Assembly (NCBI GenBank): GCA_973895155.1 | Contig: OZ316891.1 | Coordinates: forward strand, 6,357,708-6,421,707 | DNA from: Marsupella aquatica | Lineage: Eukaryota > Plantae > Marchantiophyta | Direction of reading: 5' to 3' | DNA: 64,000 bases | Shown here: positions 24,326-35,386 of the stretch, in pieces | Layout: every line of letters begins with the position of its first letter | Numbering within the stretch: the first letter of the stretch is position 1 | Made by a program: the position numbers and the translations under genes | Notes under the pieces: model-generated | Told to the model about the DNA's origin: nothing | Databases searched by the model: none | What the model saw: only the letters and a program-made list of their open reading frames with translations

Positions 24326-27300
24326 TTTTGTGGGATGGAGAGACTGTTGACTTAGAGACAAATTCGTTGTAAAATTGGCCATTTTTAGTATGATTAAAGA
24401 GCAAAATGTTTCGTATGAGATTGAATATTACATTTCGTGAATAATTCCTGCAAGGATAGGAAATTAAAGTGAACTAGAGGGCTTCCACGAAACACCATGG
24501 GATTGATGCGGACTTGTCTGTTATCCAAACACAAGTCCTGGACAATCAAAAAGGCCTAGTATTCAAGCAAAGACCCTAGCCCAGTTTCTGTCGGGATGGA
24601 CACGTTGTGAATTTGGTACAGAGCTGCTTAATTTCTAAGGTTTTTCAGGATGGACACTTTGTTAATTGGGTACATAGCACCTTACATTCCTAGCTCACAT
24701 TCCTAACGTTTTTCAGGATGTCACTTTGGTAATGGGTTTAGGGTTCCAGCCAAACGTTTAAGAAGATTCTTGTGACAAATGAAATATGTAAAGTATATCC
24801 GTTTTAAGAAGATTCTTGTGACGAACGCGTTTAATAATTGTGACAAATAAAATATGGAAAGTGTATTCGTTTTCTGACATATAAGATCTGCCTTATATTC
24901 GCTTTCTGACAAATAAGATGCTGCCTAGGTTCCTTGCATCTGAGTAAATAACAAGACAAATCAAATATTTAAAGTATATTTTTTGTGTGGCAAATAACCT
25001 TGTGTGGCAAATAACCAAAGAATATTAGGAATATTCTTTGTTTGACAAAATGCTACGAACATTACTTGGGTGAAAAAAAGATGCAAATAATGTTCTTTCC
25101 TAATTATTTTACATTAATTTTGACCCTTAGATCTCCCTAGATTTAAAGGATCATAGTCTGATTTTGCTTTTGTGTCTACATGTGAAAAGAGGCTAGCGGG
25201 AAAAACAAATTCTAGTGAATTTTCACCAAAGGTGGCTAGCATATTGTGAGGTGGAATCTAGCAAACTTTCACCACTAGAGAAAACCTGAGGTGGAATCTA
25301 GGAAATTTTGCCACTGACAACAAACATTGGTATAAGAATCAAAAGCACATTAGATGAGGCTGTATTGATGAAAACATCCATTAGGTGACCCATCGCCAAT
25401 TCCCAAGTTTGACTAACTTTCCCCAAAAACAAATTTGATTCTCAGGTTGCATCTCATTTTGGATGTGGGTTGGTTTAACTCAACTGTCTTTACCTGCTCT
25501 GACATGTAATTGGTTCACAGACACATTGAGGCTTGTGATTGGACTGTTCTAACCCCATCCAACAGCACTTTGGCCTGCACCAGGTTCCCATATCCTACCC
25601 TCACTGGAACGCAAGTGTGGACTACTGAATTTGAGCAAAATCTATTGCCTTTTGGTCCCCTCATTTCCTCCACTTATTTGGTCAGAGTGGGTTTATGAAA
25701 ATATGAGACTCCATGTTCTCCAGACCAATTATGTGTTGTCTCAGTTTTGTCTAGTTTGGTTAAGTCGACCCACATCTGAGTTTGCAAGTTGCAGGGTGGA
25801 GATTGTATTTTTAGTGATTTGAAGAGTCAAATGAACTGCAATTTAAATCCCTCCCTTTCATAACTCCACCGTGGTGTTTGAGTACGCTCTACTTACCCTA
25901 CATTAAATCTGACCAGTAGATTTGTGTGGTTGCTTTGACAACCATCAGATCTTGCTTAATTTTTCTCATTTACCTTTCTGACATGGTGAATCATTAAAAC
26001 CTTGGAATTTTCTCTGTATTCAACTGAGGAAGTGAAGCAGTACAGTCACAGTAGTTTTCTAAAATAAGGGTGAAAGTGCCCCTATTTATTAGGGGCCGTA
26101 ATCAAATAAGCAGCTGTAGTAGTGGGACCTGAAAATGCAAATTTATATTTCAGGCGGCTTGTCAAGGTACAGCACATAGTCAAGAATGATACTGACAGGA
26201 AAAGATGTGATGGGGAGATTCAACAGAGGGAAAAATCCTACAAAAAACAATTTGTTTGCCCTTCTGTGACAAAACACTTTTGGTCATGGACCTGGTACTC
26301 CTCGCATCCAACCTTCACAAGTACCAATTTGGCTCAAATTCACCACTAAAGCTTTCACTGGTGGAGACTCTCTAAGGGTTCTAACCCCATGTAGACCACA
26401 TACAGTCCCGCATACAGTGGTCTCCTTGATGTGAACCAACCCTCACCCCTCCCAGGTCTCCTAAAACTCAGGTTTGTAAATCATTGCTAGTATGTCTGGT
26501 TTGTTTGGGGGCACAAAAGAAGTCTTTACACATCAGAGTTGTTTGTACAGATTCTCTAGATTTTCTGTCAGAATTCTGAGGCACATTTTGCATTATTTTA
26601 CTTGTAGCTGGAACCCCAGCGAAAAGCAAGAGTGTTGCATTTGACACCTCCTCCCAATTCCCAACTTTGTACTATACATCCAGGCTTGAAATAAACATGA
26701 TGGTGGTGACATTTCACCACAATCCTAACTTCCACAAAGCAGGCTCCAACTAAGGTACGGCAATTATACTGTAATGTACTTGTATACTTCACATACAGGA
26801 CAATTCTCATAATTATGCTTTGTGTATATTCTGCATGCATATCCATCCAGGCTATATGGCATAATCTATTGTTCTCAGCTGCCCTTGTACTCTGGCCAGT
26901 TGGACCGCGGGGGATGGGGGGTTAGTACAAAAAATGATAGGAACTAGGGGCAATCCAAAATAGTTATGTTAAAATTATTTTAATCAAATCTGTATGAAGA
27001 GCAGGAAACCAAAATAAGGTGTTTACACTGAAAGTAGATAGTGTGGATCATTGTATACCTCTGGTAAAGTAAAATAGGTCATTTAGCACTAAAATCTGAG
27101 TATTTATACAATAATGTTCTCATTGTAAACAAGGTTATTTTACTAGGTCAAGATTGCACATGATGTAAAAATATATACACTAAGTTAACCACCTGATACA
27201 CCCTAACAATGAAGTTAGAGTGTGTTAGAGGTGTTATCATAGGTGTACAATCCTTGTTGGTAATCACACATCAAAATGTATTTAGGGTATGCACTCATTG

Positions 27301-27562
27301 ATTTTTAAGAAAATCATGAGGTTATCATGGTATGGAGAGATGTCGTACTACATATAATTATGTAATATTTTGATGTGAAATTACTCCAACCCGTGTACAA
27401 TGCTCTTGTATACACTGAACTGACATGGCTTTGCAGATTTTCATATCATGGGGGAATAGTTGTATGCAGTAGCTTTGCAAATAATATGGCTCTACTGTTA
27501 GTAGTTGATGGTAGCCTTAATGGGTAGACAGTTGCAAGCCGAAACCAGTTTCTAGCAGCTTG

Positions 27563-27924
27563 TGTTAGGTTATGCCTCCAGTATAACCTATATACTTCCA
27601 CAATATTATCTAGACTTCAGTAGACTAGGATAGCACTAGTTTGGGTTCCAGGTTCCCATAGACCATGGGAGGGGGTATACCCCAAGGGGAACACAAACTT
27701 GTGCTCACACTTTAAGGTTCACTCTTGAAGATAGACAGTGAAAGAGTGAGAGGAGGAGCTCTAGCGCATTGGCTATGGCGGGTGTAATCACCTTGCATTA
27801 TTTGACTTTTGTCACAGCCATGGACATAACCCAGATGGGGTGAACCACGTACTTTCAGTATCGGAGTCTATGGATGAATGTTCACACATGTTAATGTTAT
27901 CTCAGTCTAGATCATATCCCAACA
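27563..27924 (+). mobile_element. Solo LTR (362 bp), copia-like
   Basis: TGTTAGG...CCCAACA bounded by 5-bp direct repeat GCTTG (27558-27562, 27925-27929). Internal CCATGGACATAACC...GGTGAACCACGTA matches the reverse complement of the full element's LTR motif (CCGTGGACGTAGCC...GGTGAACCACGTA). Confidence 0.8.
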
Positions 27925-28507
27925 GCTTGTTGGTTTGCTGCATTCTGGGTTTTAAAACCTTTTCTATGACTCTCTTCCCTTTGCTGGACTCTATTTGTTT
28001 TTCTGGTTTGGGTTTTAGGCTGGGTTAAGAGGATTTACTTTGGCCCTTGCAACTTTTGTGTTTGCTTTTTAAATACAGGGTTCCCTTGCCCTAGCTTCCC
28101 AGCCAATTGCACTTTCATGATCTTCAAATCTGGTATAAGGACCCATGAGCTTTCTCAAGAAAATTCCCTGCACCTGACTTAGTCAAGTGATCATCTGCCA
28201 CTGATAACTAAAAATGTAGTATAGGACCCTAAAAAACACTTTACTTTGTAAAAGAGTGCAAAGGTGGAGGAGTCCAGGGACGAGCCCAAATTGGGCATCA
28301 TGTGTCTAGTAAAGCCCTCTCGTGAGGGCCTTCTCTTGGATAAAACCAGAGGACAGGCCTGTCCAGCTTGGATTTAAAAACAAATGTTTGGTAGTTGAAA
28401 ACCTCCCCAGAAAGTTCACAGTTCTTTGGAAGACTCCCACACATCTGTCCGGAGCAGTACATTAGATAACTGCAATGCAATGTGTAACAAAAATTAAAGG
28501 GAGGCAT

Positions 28508-28965
28508 TTTAAGCTATCCTAGATTAGTTCTTCACTCTGTCCAGTTAGACATCTCAGATGTGATGTTTCTTGGAGGTTGCAAGGTATAACCAAAAAATCC
28601 AGTGAGGCCTTTCAGCTATCCTATACGAGGTCTTCATTCTGCCCAATTAGACTTAGACATCTTGAATGGGCACTTTCGTGGAGGTTGCACAATCCAGGGA
28701 AGCCTTTAAGCTACCCTAGACTAATTCTTTACTGTGCCCAATCAGACATCTCAAATGTGTTGTTTCCTGGAGGTTGCAAAGTATAAACCAAAAGCCGAGG
28801 GAGGCCTTTAAGCTGTCCTAGACAAATTTTTCATTCTGCTCAATTAGACATATAGCAGATGGCGTTTCTTGTAGGTTTCACAGGATAAACAACAAATTGA
28901 GGGAGGCCATTAAGCTAGACTAGTTCCTCATTTTGCCCAATTAGACATCTCAAATGTGGTATTTC
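28508..28965. repeat. ~100-bp degenerate tandem array, ~5 units
   Basis: AGCTATCCTAG...CCCAATTAGACATCTCARATG...GGAGGTTGCA recurs near 28512, 28615, 28709, 28811, 28913. Confidence 0.85.
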
Positions 28966-29239
28966 TCAGAGATGATGGTTGATCAGAGAGTTCTTCCTCC
29001 AACAGACACTGACCTCCATAGCTACTTTTCTGAGGAAAATTTTGCAATCCTTTCCCCTCATTCTATTTGAGAAGCTTTGCACCTTCACCTCATTCCTCAC
29101 CGACAGGGTTCGTCCTGAGAAAGACTTCATTGCAGGTTTTCGTACAGCAGGGACACTCCAACAACGAATGTGGGACGCACTGAATGTACTGTACTGCAGA
29201 GTCCAGATTGTGGACAGGCACTTCAACAAACTGAAAAGG

Positions 29240-30200
29240 TCGGTCATTGTAACTAAGAATCTCATTAGCTTGGAAGCTGGAATTGGGATTCTCTGCAGGC
29301 TCCTTTCTTTCTCTTTCCACCAACGTTGCGTCGACAAAACTTTATATTAGCAATGAGCTATGGAACCAGACATGTAAGACAATCGGCCGATGTGATTGAC
29401 AATTCCATTAACTGGACTCTGGAATTGGGATTCTCTACACGACTCCTTCGTTTCTCTTTCCACCACAGGCGAATCGACGAAACATTACACAGTAGCAATG
29501 AGCTGTGGACAAGACATGTAAGACGATCGGTCATTCTGACTAAGAACTAGATTGGCTGGAAGCTGGAATTGGGATTCTCTGGACGACTCCTTACTTTCTC
29601 TATTCACCATGGATGAAGCGACGAGCTCTGGAAATACATGTAAGGCGTGGATCATTCTAACTAAGAATGCCATTAGCTGGAAGCTGCCTCCTCACTTTCT
29701 CTTTTCACCAGAGGTGAATCATCAAAACATTACAGTTCCAATGAGCTCTGGAATACATGTAAGACGGTTGGTCATTCCAAGTAAGAATCCCATGAGCTGG
29801 AACCAGGAATTGGAATTCTCTCCATGACTCCTTACTCTCTTTTCACCATGGATGAATTGGAAAAACATTAGAGTAGCAACGAGCTCTGAGAAGACATGTC
29901 AGACGTCGATCATTCTAACTAAGACTACCATTACAGTAGCGACGAGCTCTGGAACACATGTGACACGGTCGGTCATTGCAAGTAAGAATCCCATTAGCTG
30001 GAAGCTGCCTCCTCACGTTCTCTTTCCACTAGAGATGAATCAGCAAGACATGACAGTACCAATAAGCTCTGGAACACATGTGACACGGTTGGTCATTCCA
30101 AGTAAGAATCCCATTAGCTGGGAGCTGGAATTGGAGTTCTCTCCACGACTCCTTACTTTCTCTCTTCAGCATGGATGAACGGGCCAAAACATTAAAGTGG
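29240..30200. repeat. ~120-145-bp degenerate tandem array downstream of the peroxidase stop
   Basis: GGTCATTCYAASTAAGAATCCCATTAGCTGGAAGCTG recurs near 29263, 29405, 29551, 29671, 29791, 29992, 30112; two alternating variants. Confidence 0.85.
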
Positions 30201-30548
30201 CGATGAACTGTGGATAACGGACTACATAGGAGACGGATAGAGGAAGCCTCCACAAGAAGATTTCGATTGGATGAAGTGCTCTTTTATTGAATGTATCGTA
30301 CAATCTCGCTTCTGAAAAAATGATCGGGAAGATGGTATATCGTTCCGACTGGATTTTTTATTTTGAACCTAACCTAGCCGTGTCTCCTGAGTGAATGGAG
30401 ATCCCCTTGTGCTGAGGATTGCTACATGTAATCTACTAGACTACCTACAGACATACATGTGATCTAATGAACTACCTACAGTCCTACCTAAGTTGTCTAG
30501 ATACCCACCCAGTCAATTGGCGGCAAAAATTGTATGGATAAAAATTGT

Positions 30549-33500
30549 TCAGGACCTTCTTCTTGCCCCTGGGGGAGGAGGGGCTAGAACAGGGGAAGGA
30601 GGAGGCGGACTTACAGGTTGGGAGAGAGGGGTGGGTACAACAGGAGGAAGGGGTGCTGTCGCAACAGGAGGTCGAGGGGGCGGTGGTGTCACCAGAGGAG
30701 CTCGTCGGGGAGCCGGAGGGGGCAATCGAGTCACAAGAGGAGCTGGAGGGGGGGATGCTGTGACAACTGGAGCTGGAGGGGGAAATGCTGAGAGAACTGG
30801 AGCTGGGGCTGGTGGGGGAGATGCTGTGACAATCGGAGCTGGAGGGGGTGATACTGTGACAACTGGAGCTGGAGGGGGAGATGCTGTGACGACTGGAGCT
30901 GGAGGAGGAGATGCTGCGATAACTGGAGCTGGAGGAGGAGATGCTGTGATAATTGGCGGTGGAGGAGATGCTATGATAATTGGCGGTGGAGGAGATGCTA
31001 TGATAATTGGCGGTGGAGGAGATGCTAGAATAATTGGCGGTGGAGGAGATACTATGATAATTGGCGGTGGTGGAGATGCTATGATAATTGGTGGTGGAGG
31101 AGATGGTATCACAACTGGAAGTGGAGGGGGAGATGGAGTCACAACTGGAGCTAGGGGGGGAGATGGAGTCACAACTGGAGCTAGGGCGGGAGATGGAGTC
31201 ACAACTGGAGCTAGGGGGGGAGACGGAGTCACGACAGGAGCTGGGAGGGGAGAAGGAGATGCAACAGGAGGGACAGGAATGGGAGTCGGGGTTATTGGGG
31301 CTGGAATTGTGGTAGAATTCGAGGGGGGAGGGGTGGTGGAATTTAAAGGTGGAATTGGGGCTGGGGCTGGCGGTGTGGTGGAATTTGCCGGAGGAATTAC
31401 CGAAGCATTGCCAGGCACAGAGTTTGGACCATTCACAACAGCGCAATTCAGCCGAACTTCGCCTTGGGTCCCTGTCAACACTCCCACTTGGCTCATTGCG
31501 ATCATGGATGTCACAAAATCTGAGAAGAACTGCTGCTGGTTGTTGGCATAGGTTGTCACCAAGTCCGTCGTGGTATTGTCGACAAACAACACTTGGTCGG
31601 AGAATAATAAACCCCGGCCGATTTGCAGGTCCTGGTAGTAGGCGCTGTCAAAAACTCCCGAAGTAATGGGGTCCAGAGCTTGTACAGTTGTGTTAGAGAA
31701 GTTGCCATTTGGACACAAACCTTGGAGTGTGGACAGATAGCCTGCGCCCAAGCTGGGATCACTTGCATTTGAAATATTGTTGAAGTTGTAGAGACGGCTA
31801 TCAAACTCCTTGCAATGCGCAAAGCCAACAGTGTGTGCACCTGCAAAGGATGACGGTTGGTGTCAGCATAGGGAATTCATGACCGTATCCTTCAATCAAA
31901 TTTGTGCGGGTACCGGCTCAGAACGCCCTCCGTCAGGACTAGAATGAACTAGGAATACTCTTTATTAGAGCGCATGTCTACTAACGTGGGAATCGATTTC
32001 ATGACGGGCTCAAGGAACATATTTATTATTAGCAAATATGAACTGCCCTCAAAACAAATCTGGGCCCGAGAGAGAAGTGGTAAAGTAAGAAGAGGAATCG
32101 AATTGACAATTTTTGGAAGCTGGGAAAGGATCTGCACCTGATAGCGCGACGAGATCTCGTGTTGACAAACCTATCGATGAGAAAATCCCCATCATTTGGG
32201 TCACGTCCATGTCAGCTCCAGGCAAATGGCCAGCAACAGAACTCTCCGAAGAATTGAGTCCGTCTCTTCGTCCTAGAAGAACAGTCCAAGATGGGCCCCC
32301 CATCTGTACAACCGAACGAAGTATCAGCATTTTGGATCGACCGGCAACATACTACAAAACGGTAGCACGGTGAAATGCCACTTTGAAAACAAGCTGTCCA
32401 GCTCAGTGGTGAAGTAATCAACAGAAGTTCCTTCAATAAGGGCCCGCTTACCATGCTGACAACATCCTCAGAGGCCATGACCAATACATCAGCACATGAC
32501 ACCACTCCTGGACATCGAGCTTCTACTGCCGCCTTCGCTTGATTAATGGCGTCAAATGATAGTTGTTGAAGTGAGAGATTGTCGGAGGCATCTCTCTCTA
32601 CGTTTGCATTAGGAGGCGTGTCTTGGAGCAAAATCGATCCATCACAACCCTGCAGACCAGTACAGCAAGCGAATATTAATGTAGGAATCAGGAGAAAAGT
32701 CGGCTAAAGCACCTGCTTTCGCAATTGAGCGATCACAGAACATTCCACGGGACGCTCCATGGTACCTCCGCCGAAGAATTGAACGCATGAAAAGTCCGTC
32801 AGCTGAAAATCAGCTCTCCCACTGTGTTGACTGGACATGCTGAAAACAAGGCTCGACATATACTGTCATGCATGGCAAATTCATCTACGTGGGCCGATCC
32901 CGGACGACGAATCGAGAGATTTTGCAGGGTATGCTCCCAGTGTTCAATTTCAATACCATTACGGAACTGAAGTATATGCTTTGCGTGGTAATCAAATCAT
33001 CCGATGTTCACCCGACAGACCTTACGAGTGGACGAGGATCACATGGGACCACGAAGGAAACCCCTAAATCTTTCAGTGGGACCACTGCAGGCTGAATATT
33101 CCCTGGACCGACCATGTATTACGGTGCGGGACACGGGAGCACTTACACTTTGACTGTAAGCTACCAAAACGGCAGAACCCTCCTCATAACTATCGAAGGA
33201 AAGAGCTCCCCTAGTGGGAGACTAGGACTTGGTGATCCGTAGCTGGGACAACAGTGATTCGAAAGTGCAAGCCGACCATCAAAGACTGAGAATTCATACA
33301 TTCAGATGGGTTCGGGTGAGAAAAGCATACCCCGACGAAGCAATCATGGGCGAAGAGGCGAAGTACACTGGGTCCCACGATTTGAGACGAGTTCATGGAC
33401 GCCCCTATGGAATCTCTTACAATCTGGTCCACACCGGGGCATGAGGTGGCGTAGAATGTAGACGTCAGTTTCTGGCAATCTACAGCCCTGAGATGCCCAC

Positions 33501-33552
33501 CTCCTAGCAACACTACTACTAATACCAAACCCACAAGTTCCCGTCCCCTCAT
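30549..33552 (-). CDS. Class III secretory heme peroxidase with C-terminal proline-rich extensin-like tail
   Basis: Canonical 4-exon structure (~33331-33552, ~32451-32649, ~32139-32304, 30549-~31841). Signal peptide MRGRELVGLVLVVVLLGGG; motifs FYATSCP, RLFAHDCFVGGCDGS, CPGVVSCAD, LGRRDG, LVALSGAHTVG, FDSAYY, GLLFSDQ, GEVRLNC; all 8 conserved Cys; then ~290 aa of Pro-rich repeats. Confidence 0.95.
30745..31260 (-). repeat. Coding minisatellite: 27-bp (SPPPPIIIA) and 30-bp (SPPPAPVVTA / SPPLAPVVTP) units
   Basis: Visible in both DNA and translation of ORF 30549..31751. Confidence 0.92.
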
Positions 33553-33634
33553 TCCTGCGTCTCTAAAGCAACAGTTCTTGTCTCTACTATTATTTTCTAG
33601 CGTCACTTCCTTGAAAACCTTGCCCTGCCTGCAC

Positions 33635-33655
33635 GGCACTGCCTCCTCCCTCGCT
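33635..33655 (-). promoter_or_regulatory. Candidate miR408 target site in peroxidase 5' leader
   Basis: Plus strand GGCACTGCCTCCTCCCTCGCT vs miR408 UGCACUGCCUCUUCCCUGGCU (recalled): 18/21 identical. The minus-strand mRNA pairs with mismatches at miRNA positions 1 and 18 and G:U at 12. Confidence 0.65.
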
Positions 33656-34712
33656 CGTAGATGCAACATTAGAATGTGAACCTGCTGAAGTCCAACCGAT
33701 AGAATCGGTTCCTGGACCATACTAAGCTCTGCTCTACTCTGCTCTGCTGGGACCGGCGAGCTAGCTTCCCGCCCTGTTGAAACAGCTGGAGTAGAACGTC
33801 CGTGCGGGTACCCGTAAAACCAATTGGTGAACTTTCAAGGAACGGTTGTGCGATCAAGGTGGCCCAATACCACCACCGAGGAAGGCAATCTCAGTCCAAT
33901 AAACTAGGGTAGGAGGACGGTAATGATAATGATGATGCCCAAACGCTGGGGAGAAGACTGCACACTTTCTTGTTCAAGACCCAGCCTAGCTAGTGAACTT
34001 CCACCCACACTGCCACTTTTGCCTGTAGTTGCCCACTACCTACACGTCTAATCCAGAGTGTCTGTACGCAGGTCGAGAGCCGCTGAGAAGACTAATAACC
34101 TTGCACCCTTTTGCTTGCTCCGTCGGTCGTTGAAGAGCAGCAGCAGATGGACGTGGGGAGAGGCGGCCTCCGTCCTAAGAGGCCAAACCAGCTGAAATTG
34201 AATAAAAATTCGAAATGTCTACTTCGAAACAGGAGAATCGTTTGAATAGAGGTATCCGGAAACTACCAATTGGGAGTTGGAGGTGATATAACGTTTCTTT
34301 GCGTTCCAGCGAGCGAGCGAGCGCTTGCTTGCAGAAGACGAATCGACGAAGGCCCTCGGATTCACCCAATCTGAGCTTCCCTAGAGGCACGACCCATACA
34401 ATCACCAGAGTCTACCGCCACGGCATTGCCTGCGTTGGTCCGTCTCTCTCCCAAAAGTGACCTCTACAGAGAGGAACCTCACCTCCAGACTCCGCTGCAG
34501 TGCAATGTGGGTGGAGGAAGAACAACAGTGGGGAGCGGGAAGTGTCCTCTTCACTGAGCTGCAGAGTGTGGATGTGAGGGAGAGGGACAGAGAGCTGAAC
34601 TGGAGGCAGCTTTCAAGTTCAGTAAACGAACTGGTGGATGATGATGATGGTGATGATGACGGAAGAAGTGCAGGTTCTGTAGACAACGACAGGGAGTGTT
34701 TATAACCGACTA

Positions 34713-34792
34713 AAAGCAGTCCGGAATGCTCTCGATGGAAAGTGAAATCGAAAGCAGTCCGGAATGCTCTCGATGGCAAGTGAAATCGAAGC
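34713..34792. repeat. 38-bp direct tandem duplication
   Basis: AAAGCAGTCCGGAATGCTCTCGATGGMAAGTGAAATCG twice in tandem. Confidence 0.9.
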
Positions 34793-35355
34793 AGGTGGTG
34801 GGTGGCCTACAATGTGCATTCGAATAGTCAATGCTGTTGCTGATTGATTGAAGATGTGGCCAAGGAGGACAGGGACTGAGATTTCAATGTGGGAAGTCAA
34901 ATGTGAGTACTGCGGGATTGGAGAAGCAGCAGCACACAAGTCCTAAAGTACTACTAATAAGAGGGGAAGGAAATGAGATCCTCCTAAACCCAAATGACTT
35001 GTCTGCACTGCTCGAATCCTCTTTCTAGTTGGCAAGAAAGAACGACGTGCAGTGGACGAGGGAGATGGTGTGACGAGAGAGGAAGGGGAGGAGTACGACT
35101 GAATGATGAGCGGGGGAGTTTTGCAGCTTACTAATAACTAAGCCAGCAAAATAATATCACTCATCTCATCAAGCCAACCTAAAAATTTGTAATTATGAAC
35201 AAAAACTGTTGTAAAATGCAGATTGCAGCAGCTGCAGCCGGACCAGCGGTGGTACGCACTACTGCTACTGCAGTCAGTCTAGCCAGCACGCAAGCCAGCC
35301 AGTACCGTAGACAGCTAGCCAACAAGTCCCACACACGGAGACCGAGCTAGAGAAT

Positions 35356-35386
<31 letters not shown>

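Noticed and set aside
30493-31551. 352-aa Gly/Thr-rich ORF (+) and 320-aa Ser-rich ORF (-)
   Set aside because: Antisense and alternate-frame shadows of the peroxidase's Pro-rich repeat.
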